DNA of 64,000 nucleotides from an uncultured Lachnospiraceae bacterium (GTDB taxonomy: Bacteria > Bacillota > Clostridia > Oscillospirales > CAG-272). The notes beneath the pieces were generated by a model. The model was not told the origin of the DNA. It saw only the letters and a list, made by a program, of their open reading frames with translations, and did not search any database. The stretch lies in assembly GCA_964582375.1 (NCBI GenBank), contig CAZORL010000001.1:80065-144064 (forward strand), given 5' to 3'. Positions 47,398 to 55,435 of the stretch are shown one piece after another (the first letter of the stretch is position 1; every line of letters begins with the position of its first letter). The translations under genes were made by a program, and so were the position numbers.

Positions 47398-47474
47398 TGG
47401 TGGAGACAATTGGAATCGAACCAATGACCTCATGCATGTCAAGCATGCACTCTAACCAGCTGAGCTATGCCTCC
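47398..47474 (-). tRNA. tRNA-Val (anticodon GAC), CCA-encoded
   Basis: The minus strand folds by hand as GGAGGCA-TA-GCTC-AGCTGGTTA-GAGT-G-CATGC-TTGACAT-GCATG-AGGTC-ATTGG-TTCGATT-CCAAT-TGTCTCC-A-CCA. All four stems pair (with G-U wobbles at 5-68 and 10-25), and U33 and A37 are present. 77 nt. Confidence 0.9.
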
Positions 47475-47484
47475 GACAGATGAT

Positions 47485-47513
47485 ATGATATCATATTTTT
47501 TCAAAAAAATCAA
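47485..47513 (-). promoter_or_regulatory. Candidate promoter for tRNA-Val
   Basis: The minus strand reads TTGATT, a 17-nt spacer, then TATCAT, ending 10 nt before the tRNA 5' end. Confidence 0.45.
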
Positions 47514-47620
47514 TACCCAAAATTGCACAAACTTTTGTGCCTTTTTGGGGCGTGTTATTGTATGTTTGACAAAAATCACATCTTTACTGCTCTGCAAGGG
47601 AATATTTGCACTCGTTCTTA

Positions 47621-47648
47621 TTGACTTTTTTTAAAAAAATGCTATAAT
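47621..47648 (+). promoter_or_regulatory. Sigma-A-type promoter of metF-metH
   Basis: TTGACT (47621), a 16-nt A/T spacer, then TATAAT (47643), 31 nt before the ATG at 47680. Confidence 0.6.
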
Positions 47649-47679
47649 AAATGATATTAATTTCAGGGGAAGAAAACCA

Positions 47680-48549
47680 ATGAAAATCAAAGAAATACTT
47701 TCAAAAAACAGATCATCGGGTAAAAACACACTTTCCTTCGAGGTCTTTCCGCCAAAGACTTCATCGAGCGTTCAAAGCGTGATCGCCGCCGCCGAGAGCA
47801 TCGCAGCTCTTTCGCCCTCATTCATGAGTGTCACCTACGGTGCTGGAGGCGGATCGTCCGAGTACACGCTCTCCGTAGCCTCCGATCTTCAAAGAGTCGG
47901 AGTGACGGCACTTGCACATCTTACCTGTGTCGGCGCATCGCGTGAAGGAATATCGGAAAAACTTGAGCTTATAAAGAACGCCGGCATAGAAAACATACTT
48001 GCCCTGCGCGGTGACCTTCCCGCGGGCTATGTTCCCGGAGAGTTTAAGCACGCCTGCGAGCTTGTCGGTGCTATCAGAGCATCCGGCGATTTCTGTATCG
48101 GCGGTGCGTGTTACCCCGAGGGACACCCCGAATCGCCGACCCTTGACGACGATATAACCCATTTGAAGGAAAAGGCAGACTCGGGATGTGATTTCTTCAC
48201 CACTCAGATGTTTTTTGACAATAATATTTTCTATAACTTTATGTACAAGGTCAGAGATGCCGGTATCACGCTCCCGGTGATCGCCGGAATCATGCCCGTA
48301 ACAAAGGCGAAGCAGATAACTCGTATATGTACGCTGTCGGGATCGCCTCTGCCCGTGAAGTTCAGACGAATAGTCGAAAAATTCGGCGACAGCCCTGACG
48401 CAATGCGTCAGGCAGGGATCGCATATGCCACCGAGCAGATCATCGATCTGTACGCAAACGGTGTCGATGCCGTACATGTTTACTCGATGAACGATGCCGA
48501 TGTTGCCAAAAAGATATCCGATAATCTGTCATCGATCATCGGAATATAA
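47680..48549 (+). CDS. metF: Methylenetetrahydrofolate reductase
   Basis: 289 aa with the FEVFPPKT start, SVTYGAGG, LRGD and TQMFFD motifs. Confidence 0.9.
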   Translation: MKIKEILSKNRSSGKNTLSFEVFPPKTSSSVQSVIAAAESIAALSPSFMSVTYGAGGGSSEYTLSVASDLQRVGVTALAHLTCVGASREGISEKLELIKNAGIENILALRGDLPAGYVPGEFKHACELVGAIRASGDFCIGGACYPEGHPESPTLDDDITHLKEKADSGCDFFTTQMFFDNNIFYNFMYKVRDAGITLPVIAGIMPVTKAKQITRICTLSGSPLPVKFRRIVEKFGDSPDAMRQAGIAYATEQIIDLYANGVDAVHVYSMNDADVAKKISDNLSSIIGI

Positions 48550-48560
48550 GGGGTGATCTT

Positions 48561-50933
48561 TTGCGTACCGATATAACAAAGAAGATCCGCGAGAAGATAT
48601 TTTATCTCGATTGCGGAATGGGAACGTCGCTTCAAAACGCGGGGCTCGGACCAAATGAGTGCTCTGAGACCTTCGGTGCCGATCATCCCGAGCTCATTAC
48701 CGCACATCACGTTGCCTGCTACAATGCGGGTGCGGATGCCGTATACGCAAACACGTTCGGAATAAACGGTATTCGATATGATCTTGCCGAGTGCTCTCGC
48801 CTTGCCGCATCAGCTCTTTCGTGTGCAAATGCCGCAAGAGAGGTTGCCGAGCAAGAGGGCAGAGAGCTTTATGTCGGGCTGGATGTCGGTCCGACCGGCA
48901 AAATGCTCGCACCCTTTGGAGATCTGCCCTTTGAGGATGCCGTTGACGCTTTTGCCGCTCTCGTCAGATCGGCTGATCCTAAGCTGTATGATTTTATCGT
49001 CATCGAAACGATGACCGATATGTACGAGACAAAAGCCGCGGTAATCGCCGCAAAGGAAAATTCGGACAAGCCAATCTTTGTCACAAATGTTTACGGCTCC
49101 GATTGCAGAATGCTCACCGGCGGTACACCTGAGTCGATGGTGACGATGCTTGAGAGCCTCGGGGTCTGCGCGATCGGGCTGAACTGCTCACTTGGTCCAA
49201 AAGACATGACAGATACCGTAAAGCGTCTGTCGTCTGTCTGCTCACTGCCGATGATCGCAAAGCCAAACGCTGGGCTTCCCGATAAAGTCGGAGAGGATTT
49301 TGTGTATTCCGCCACCCCCGAGAGCTTTTCGGATGAAATGTCGGAACTTGTCAAAACAGGTGCGACCATTATCGGCGGATGTTGCGGAACGACTCCCGAA
49401 TTTATCTCTGCACTCGTAAAAAGAACATCCGATATGCCGCTTAGATTGCCATGTGTAAAGAGCCACTCTGCCGTGTGCTCATTTTCAAAAACGGTCTTCT
49501 TTGACGGCACGACCGTTCCGATCGGGGAGAGGATCAATCCGACCGGTAAAAAGAAGCTTAAAGAGGCACTTAAAGCCCACGATATGGCGTATATCACCGA
49601 ACAGGCTGTCGGTCAGGCTGAGAGGGGTGCGCTTGTCCTTGATGTCAATGTCGGTATGCCCGGCATCGACGAGGCGGATGTTATGCGTGAGGCGATCGAA
49701 TCGGTGCAATCGGTCTCCGATCTTCCGCTTCAGATCGACAGCAGTGACCCTGTCGTGCTTGAGGTCGGGATGCGCGCCTATATCGGCAAACCTCTTGTAA
49801 ATTCTGTAAACGGAAAAGAGGAGGTCATGCACGCCGTATTTCCTCTTGTGAAAAAATACGGCGGAACGCTTATCGCACTGACAATCGACGAAAACGGTAT
49901 TCCGGGCGATGCCGACGGCAGGATAGATATTGCCAAAAAGATAATAAAAACCGCCGCCGAATACGGTATATCCGAGCGGGATATAATAGTAGATCCTCTC
50001 GCCATGGCTGTGTCCGCCGAGCCGAATGCCGCGATCGTTTCGCTTGAATGCGTAAAAAGGCTTCATGAATGCGGCATTAGGACGAGCCTCGGTGTGTCAA
50101 ATGTTTCCTTCGGACTGCCCGATCGCGAGGCGGTCAACTCGACGTTTCTTGCGATGGCAATGCAGAACGGACTTTCTGCCGCGATAATCAATCCATATTC
50201 GATTGATACAATGAGAATAATGAGAGCCGCCGAAGTCATACTCGCAAGGGACGAAAACTGCGCAAATTATATAAATGCGGCCCTCGACACTCCTGCCGCC
50301 ACGCCGTCGGGTGCGGTGTCCGATGATATTACGCTCTACCGTGCGATCGTCAACGGCATGGCGGATAAGGCGGGTGAGCTTGCACTTGAAGAACTTCGGG
50401 TACGCGATCCGCTTGATATAGTCAATAAGGACATCATCCCCGCCCTTGACCGTGTCGGCACGGATTTCGAACAAAAGAAGGTCTTCCTTCCGTCACTGCT
50501 CACCGCCGCCCATGCGGTAAGTGCGGCGTTTGAGAAGATAAAGGCGACCCTTCCGAAAAACAGCGGCAAATATACGGTCGTAATTGCTACCGTGAAGGGC
50601 GATATTCACGATATAGGAAAGAACATCGTCGCAACACTGCTTGAAAATTACGGCTATAATGTGGTAGATCTCGGAAAAGATGTCCCTCCCGATACCGTTG
50701 CCGATGCGGCAATCGAAAGAGGAGCAAGACTTGTCGGGCTTTCTGCACTCATGACAACGACTCTTCCCGCAATGCAGGAGACCCTCGAGGTCCTGCATAA
50801 GAGATGCCCCGATGTTAAGACGGTTGTCGGCGGAGCTGTTGTCACCGATGAATGGGCGCGTTCGGTCGGCGCGGACAAATATGCCGCCGATGCAATGGAA
50901 ACAGTGCGATACGCAGAGGAACTTCTCTCATGA
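48561..50933 (+). CDS. metH: Cobalamin-dependent methionine synthase, short form (Hcy S-methyltransferase + pterin-binding + B12-binding; no AdoMet reactivation domain)
   Basis: TTG start with AAGGGGTG upstream. Hcy domain (LDCGMGT...GGCCGTTP), pterin-binding region (VLDVNVG...GVSNVSFG), and B12 motif GDIHDIGKNIV. It ends right after the B12 domain. Confidence 0.85.
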   Translation: MRTDITKKIREKIFYLDCGMGTSLQNAGLGPNECSETFGADHPELITAHHVACYNAGADAVYANTFGINGIRYDLAECSRLAASALSCANAAREVAEQEGRELYVGLDVGPTGKMLAPFGDLPFEDAVDAFAALVRSADPKLYDFIVIETMTDMYETKAAVIAAKENSDKPIFVTNVYGSDCRMLTGGTPESMVTMLESLGVCAIGLNCSLGPKDMTDTVKRLSSVCSLPMIAKPNAGLPDKVGEDFVYSATPESFSDEMSELVKTGATIIGGCCGTTPEFISALVKRTSDMPLRLPCVKSHSAVCSFSKTVFFDGTTVPIGERINPTGKKKLKEALKAHDMAYITEQAVGQAERGALVLDVNVGMPGIDEADVMREAIESVQSVSDLPLQIDSSDPVVLEVGMRAYIGKPLVNSVNGKEEVMHAVFPLVKKYGGTLIALTIDENGIPGDADGRIDIAKKIIKTAAEYGISERDIIVDPLAMAVSAEPNAAIVSLECVKRLHECGIRTSLGVSNVSFGLPDREAVNSTFLAMAMQNGLSAAIINPYSIDTMRIMRAAEVILARDENCANYINAALDTPAATPSGAVSDDITLYRAIVNGMADKAGELALEELRVRDPLDIVNKDIIPALDRVGTDFEQKKVFLPSLLTAAHAVSAAFEKIKATLPKNSGKYTVVIATVKGDIHDIGKNIVATLLENYGYNVVDLGKDVPPDTVADAAIERGARLVGLSALMTTTLPAMQETLEVLHKRCPDVKTVVGGAVVTDEWARSVGADKYAADAMETVRYAEELLS

Positions 50934-51421
50934 GTCCACACTTCTATGAAAAGCTAAATGCCTTTGCGGCAAAAAACAGATATTTGTCGGCATTTGTAAT
51001 GATCATCGATAAAGTGCTTGTGATCGGCATATCCTTGTCCTACCTGCTTTTGCTGATCTCGCTTTTTGTCGGTCGATCGGACAGATCTCTTGCGTCTTTG
51101 CTTATCCCTGCGATCTCGTTTGTCTTTGTGTCGCTGCTCCGATATCTTATCGATCGAGCACGACCATATGATAAACTGCATTTGCAGGAGATATTGAATG
51201 CACGAAAGAAGGGACGATCCTTCCCGAGCCGACATGTTTTCTCCGCATCCGTAATAGCGGCAACATTTTATCCGATCTGCCCTGCGGTGTCGATCGCTCT
51301 CTTCGCGGCGGCAGTCCTGCTTGCCTTTTGCCGAGTGGTCGGAGGTGTTCATTATATCTCCGATGTGTTCGTCGGGCTCGCCCTTGGTGCGGCAGTCGGA
51401 ATTTTGTATCTTTTTTTCTGA
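50930..51421 (+). CDS. PAP2-family membrane phosphatase
   Basis: Start set at ATG 50930 (MSPHFYEK), forming an ATGA overlap with the metH stop. PAP2 motifs SFPSRHVFSAS and GGVHYISDV. Confidence 0.75.
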   Translation: MSPHFYEKLNAFAAKNRYLSAFVMIIDKVLVIGISLSYLLLLISLFVGRSDRSLASLLIPAISFVFVSLLRYLIDRARPYDKLHLQEILNARKKGRSFPSRHVFSASVIAATFYPICPAVSIALFAAAVLLAFCRVVGGVHYISDVFVGLALGAAVGILYLFF

Positions 51422-51448
51422 TTTTTGTAAAAAATTCTTGACATTGTA

Positions 51449-51477
51449 TTGACATTTGTGTTCTTAAGTGATAGAAT
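51449..51477 (+). promoter_or_regulatory. Sigma-A-type promoter of the COG0523 module
   Basis: TTGACA (51449), a 17-nt spacer, then TAGAAT (51472). A second TTGACATT copy lies 11 nt upstream (51438). Confidence 0.6.
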
Positions 51478-51517
51478 ATCGATGTTCACAAAAAATAATA
51501 AAAAGAAGGTTATATAG

Positions 51518-52729
51518 ATGACGAAAACAAAAATCGTGATTTTCTCGGGCTTTCTCGGCGCGGGAAAGACAACTCTTATAAAAAAGCTTATCGCCGACGG
51601 ATACAGAGGCGAAAAGATCGTTCTTATCGAGAATGAATTCGGTCAGATAGGAATTGACGGCGGATTTCTCGGCGAATGCGGCGTTGAGATAACCGAAATG
51701 AACAGCGGTTGCATTTGCTGTTCGCTCGTCGGTGATTTCAGCAAGGCTCTTCGCAAGGTCATAGACGAATACGCTCCCGAGCGTATACTGATCGAGCCGT
51801 CGGGCGTCGGCAAGCTTTCGGATGTTGTCAGAGCTGTTCAGACGGTCATTGACGAGGGTGTAGAGCTTACCTCGTTCACAACCGTCGTTGATGCCTCGAA
51901 ATGCAAGATGTATATGAAAAACTTCGGCGAGTTCTATGACGATCAGGTATCAAACGCAAGCTGTATCGTTCTCAGCCACACAGGCAAGATGACCGATGCA
52001 AAGATTGCCGAGACGGTCGAAATGCTTCGCGAGAAGAATGCCGACGCAACGGTCGTTACCACCGATTGGGATAAGCTCTCGGGCACGCAGATCATCGAGG
52101 CAATGGAGCATACCGCAACGCTTAAAGCAGAGCTTGAACGCCTCGCAAATGATGTCGAGCACCATCATCATCACCACCATGATGAGGACGAATGCGACGA
52201 TCCCGATTGCGAGTGCCACCATCATCACCACCATGATGACGATGATGACGACGATCACGAGCATCACCATCACCATCACCATCACGACGAGGATGAATGT
52301 GACGATCCCGATTGCGAGTGCCATCATCACCATCACGATGACGATGACGACGACGATCACGAGCATCACCACCATCACCATCACGATGAGGATGAATGCG
52401 ACGATCCCGATTGCGAGTGCCACCACCATCACCACCATGATCACGATGCGGACGATGTTTTCTCAAGCTGGGGAATCGAAACAACTGCAAAATATACACC
52501 CGAGAGGATAAGCGAGATCCTCGGCGAGCTTTCGAGCAACAGCCGATACGGCACAATACTCCGCGCAAAGGGCATCGTTTGCGGACAGGATGATAGATGG
52601 ATACACTTTGATTATGTTCCGGGAGAGCCCGATGTCAGATACGGTGCGGCTATCGTTATCGGTCGTGTTTGCGTAATAGGCTCAGGACTTGACAAGAGTG
52701 CGATAGCAAAGCTTTTTGCCGTCGATTGA
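51518..52729 (+). CDS. COG0523/CobW-family metallochaperone GTPase with a roughly 100-aa His/Asp/Cys-rich repeat insert
   Basis: Walker A GFLGAGKTTLIKKL, ENEFG, the metal motif GCICCS, and IEPSGVG. The CobW_C-like end is WGIETTAKY...ILRAKGIV...VIGRVCVIG. Confidence 0.85.
   Translation: MTKTKIVIFSGFLGAGKTTLIKKLIADGYRGEKIVLIENEFGQIGIDGGFLGECGVEITEMNSGCICCSLVGDFSKALRKVIDEYAPERILIEPSGVGKLSDVVRAVQTVIDEGVELTSFTTVVDASKCKMYMKNFGEFYDDQVSNASCIVLSHTGKMTDAKIAETVEMLREKNADATVVTTDWDKLSGTQIIEAMEHTATLKAELERLANDVEHHHHHHHDEDECDDPDCECHHHHHHDDDDDDDHEHHHHHHHHDEDECDDPDCECHHHHHDDDDDDDHEHHHHHHHDEDECDDPDCECHHHHHHDHDADDVFSSWGIETTAKYTPERISEILGELSSNSRYGTILRAKGIVCGQDDRWIHFDYVPGEPDVRYGAAIVIGRVCVIGSGLDKSAIAKLFAVD
52160..52450 (+). 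repeat. In-frame tandem repeat, 3 x about 99 nt (33 aa: H7-8 DEDECDDPDCEC H5-6 D7 HE)
   Basis: The core GACGATCCCGATTGCGAGTGCCA is identical in all three units (about 52196, 52295, 52394). Flanks differ only by synonymous His/Asp codon swaps, and the third unit is truncated. Confidence 0.9.
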
Positions 52730-52740
52730 GAGGTTTTTGT

Positions 52741-53682
52741 ATGGAAATACCCGTATATCTTTTTACCGGCTTTTTAGAGGGCGGTAAGACAAAAGTAATT
52801 CAGGAGACTTTGAATGATCCGAATTTCAATTCGGGAGAGCGTTTCCTTCTCCTTGTTTGCGAGGAGGGAATTGAAGAATACGATCCGACTGCATTTGCCG
52901 CTCCGAATGTTTTCCTTGAGATCATCGACGATCAAAGCGGACTTACCGAGCAAAATCTTGACAGCCTTTGCAAAAAGCATGGGTGTGAGAGAGTCATCAT
53001 AGAGTATAACGGCATGTGGATGCTGAACGATCTCTACAGCGCACTGCCGAATGGCTGGATGGTCTATCAAGAGATCTTCTTTACCGATTGCACGACATTT
53101 GTCAGCTACAATGCCAATATGCGCCAGCTCACAGTCGATAAGCTTCAGTCTTGCGAGTCGGTCATACTTAATCGTGCACCGCGAGATGTTGATCAGACCG
53201 AGATACATAAGATCATTCGCGGAGTGAACAGGCGTTGCTCCATAGGATATGAATTTGAAGACGGCGAGTTTGTTTACGATAATATCGAAGATCCTCTGCC
53301 GTTCGATATAAACGCTCCGATAATCGAGATAAAGGACGAGGATTTTGCCGAATGGTATCGCGATATAAGCGAAGAGCCTCAAAAATATAACGGCAAGACC
53401 GTCAAATTCAAGGGAATCGTCGCGACATCGCCAAAACTCGGCAAGGGCAGCTTTGCCATCGGCAGACATGTTATGGTCTGCTGTTCGGACGATGTCAGCT
53501 ACTGCGCATTTGTTTGCAACTATAAGGGAAACGTCGCCCTTAACACAAGAGATTGGGTGATAGTCACCGCAAAGATTTCCATCGAAAAGCATAAGATCTA
53601 TCGTGGTGCCGGTCCCGTACTGACCGCCTCACAGGTAGCCATGACCACTCAACCGGAGCAACCGGTCGCAACATTCTACTAA
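52741..53682 (+). CDS. Soluble fusion: degenerate CobW-like N-domain + DUF1980-type C-terminal domain
   Basis: Start ATG 52741 (RBS GAGAGG). The N-terminus MEIPVYLFTGFLEGGKTKVI mimics the CobW P-loop but there is no CxCC motif. The C-terminus YNGKTVKFKGIV...FAIGRHVMVCCSDDVSYCAFV...DWVIVTAKIS resembles the DUF1980/TIGR03943 C-terminal domain. No TM helix. Confidence 0.6.
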   Translation: MEIPVYLFTGFLEGGKTKVIQETLNDPNFNSGERFLLLVCEEGIEEYDPTAFAAPNVFLEIIDDQSGLTEQNLDSLCKKHGCERVIIEYNGMWMLNDLYSALPNGWMVYQEIFFTDCTTFVSYNANMRQLTVDKLQSCESVILNRAPRDVDQTEIHKIIRGVNRRCSIGYEFEDGEFVYDNIEDPLPFDINAPIIEIKDEDFAEWYRDISEEPQKYNGKTVKFKGIVATSPKLGKGSFAIGRHVMVCCSDDVSYCAFVCNYKGNVALNTRDWVIVTAKISIEKHKIYRGAGPVLTASQVAMTTQPEQPVATFY

Positions 53683-53689
53683 ATTCGAC

Positions 53690-53740
53690 AAAAAACATCG
53701 ATCACAAGTCAAAATGTGATCGATGTTTTCGTTATTTCGT
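53690..53740. terminator. Bidirectional rho-independent terminator between convergent genes
   Basis: 15-bp stem AAAACATCGATCACA / TGTGATCGATGTTTT (53692-53729) with an A-run to the left and TTCGTTATTTCG to the right. Confidence 0.85.
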
Positions 53741-53750
53741 TATATTGAGA

Positions 53751-55274
53751 TCATACCAGCGGTGAAAAAAGTCTGAGCAGTGCGTACCAGATCTGCCCAA
53801 GAGCTCCCGTCCTTATGCTCATCTGCTTTGCGGGTGTCGAACGCTCGAGCGTCTTTAGAAAATCTTCCTTGACCTCTTTGACTATACTGCTTTTGTAGAA
53901 AAAGCATCCGCATTCAAAGTGGAGGTAGAGACTTCTGTAATCAAGATTTATCGATCCGACGGTCGCTATCTCGTCATCGCATACAAATGATTTCGCATGT
54001 ACAAATCCGGGGGTGTATTCGTAGATCTTTACGCCGTGCTTTATGAGGACGGGGTAGTAGGATCTTGTCAGCTGATAAACGATCTTTTTGTCGGGTATGC
54101 CGGGGGTTATGATACGAACATCCACACCACGCTTTGCCGCAAGAGTGAGAGCTGTTACGGTCTCGTTGTCGATTATCAGATAGGGCGTGAATATGTACAG
54201 ATATTTCTTTGAATTGTTGATGATGTTCAGATAGACATTTTCCGCGCATATCTCACTGTCAAGCGGTGAATCGCCGTAAGGCTGAACAAATCCGTCCGAT
54301 TCTATCTCCTTGCAATCTTCGGTCGGCATGAACTTTTCAAGCTCAATGTCTTCTGTGTGCGTTACATTCCATTGGTTGAGAAAGAGCAGGGTCAGATTTC
54401 GAACCGCCTCGCCCTCGATCATTACACCCGTGTCTTTCCAGTGCCCGAATTTGCTTGTCTTGTTAATGTATTCGTCTGCAAGATTTATTCCGCCCGTAAA
54501 GCCGATGTTGCCGTCTATGACTGTGATCTTTCGGTGATCGCGGTTGTTCATGATTATCGATAAAAACGGTCTGAATCTGTTGAAAACAAGGCATTTTATT
54601 CCATAGCTCTCAATCTCTTTCTCGTATTTGTCCGGAAGCTTGAAAAGACAGCCGACATCGTCGTATATCAGCCTGACATCAAGCCCTTCGGATGCCTTTC
54701 TTTTGAGTATTTCGAGAATGCTGTTCCACATCTCGCCCTTCTCGATGATGAAATATTCCATGAATATAAATCTCTTTGCTCCTTCGAGCTTTTCGAGAAG
54801 GATCGGAAAATTGTCGTCGCCGAGCGGATAATAGCTTGTCTTTGTGTGCCTGAAAACGGGAAAGCCGTTGTTTGAAAGATATCTGCATTGACCTGCCGCG
54901 TGCGGATCGATCGCCTCAAGCTCGTTCATCACTTCGGTGTCATCGGCAACATATTTCGATGTCAGCTCGTCCGCATTTCTGTAAAGAAATTTGCGATCTC
55001 TTATCGGATGCTTCATTCCGAACAGAACATAAATAACACCGCCGAACAGCGGAAAGACGAGCAAAGGCACGATCCATGCAAGCTTGACACTCGGATTTGA
55101 CTCCGAATTTATGACATGTACCATCATTAAAAATGACAGAAATTCAAGCAGTACAAAGACCCATAACTTCGATGTTCCGGCAAGTGACAGTATCAACACA
55201 AGAAAAGCAAGCTGAATGATGATCGCTACCGCATAAAAGAAGGTCCTGCCTCTTATTTTCTTTAGTAATTTCAT
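53751..55274 (-). CDS. cls: Cardiolipin synthase
   Basis: Two N-terminal TM helices and two HKD motifs (HRKITVIDG and HAKSFVCDD). Confidence 0.9.
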   Translation of the reverse strand: MKLLKKIRGRTFFYAVAIIIQLAFLVLILSLAGTSKLWVFVLLEFLSFLMMVHVINSESNPSVKLAWIVPLLVFPLFGGVIYVLFGMKHPIRDRKFLYRNADELTSKYVADDTEVMNELEAIDPHAAGQCRYLSNNGFPVFRHTKTSYYPLGDDNFPILLEKLEGAKRFIFMEYFIIEKGEMWNSILEILKRKASEGLDVRLIYDDVGCLFKLPDKYEKEIESYGIKCLVFNRFRPFLSIIMNNRDHRKITVIDGNIGFTGGINLADEYINKTSKFGHWKDTGVMIEGEAVRNLTLLFLNQWNVTHTEDIELEKFMPTEDCKEIESDGFVQPYGDSPLDSEICAENVYLNIINNSKKYLYIFTPYLIIDNETVTALTLAAKRGVDVRIITPGIPDKKIVYQLTRSYYPVLIKHGVKIYEYTPGFVHAKSFVCDDEIATVGSINLDYRSLYLHFECGCFFYKSSIVKEVKEDFLKTLERSTPAKQMSIRTGALGQIWYALLRLFSPLV

Positions 55275-55380
55275 TAAACACCTACCGCATTTGAGATTTG
55301 TCGGTACAAAACAATGTCATACAGACACATGAAGATTATATACGAAACGGGGTCAAATTTCAACGGTGTTTATGTAAATT

Positions 55381-55428
55381 TTTTGACCGAACCCGATTTT
55401 TATGGTTTTTCGGATATCGGTCAAAAAT
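55381..55428 (-). terminator. Imperfect inverted repeat just downstream of the ClpA-like gene (weak terminator candidate)
   Basis: TTTTGACCGA ... TCGGTCAAAA outer 10-bp stem with an inner CCGA/TCGG pairing. There is no clean U-tract on the minus strand. Confidence 0.3.
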
Positions 55429-55435
55429 TATCTTG

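Noticed and set aside
47090-47446. Track ORF of 118 aa as an intact gene
   Set aside because: Its first roughly 20 codons are the tRNA-Val gene read in a protein frame, and the next roughly 15 are the tRNA terminator hairpin. Only the distal part has protein-like similarity (a response-regulator fragment), so it is called a remnant.
47300-47474. Integrated mobile element at tRNA-Val
   Set aside because: Gene fragments lie next to the tRNA, but I see no integrase, excisionase or phage genes. I found no direct repeat of the tRNA 3' end by eye in the nearby intergenic regions, though I cannot search exhaustively by hand.
47475-47680. S-box or T-box riboswitch upstream of metF
   Set aside because: I see no S-box core sequence, no specifier/T-box motif and no leader terminator. 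The best promoter leaves only about 30 nt of 5'UTR.
51421-51517. Zur/Fur/NikR operator at the COG0523 promoter
   Set aside because: I looked for AT-rich palindromes of the Zur or Fur type. Only a weak GTGA...TCAC outer symmetry around the -10 is present, which is not enough to call.
52160-52450. Possible CRISPR-like or other non-coding repeat array
   Set aside because: The repeat units are directly adjacent with no spacers. They are in frame within a CDS and differ only at synonymous positions, and no cas genes are present.
51950-52568. Minus-strand ORFs (164 aa and 148 aa) and a plus-strand alternative frame (171 aa) across the His-rich repeat
   Set aside because: They are alternative readings of the CAY/GAY repeat (giving MVMV or RDRD peptides). 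The COG0523 frame is the only one continuous with recognisable N- and C-terminal domains.
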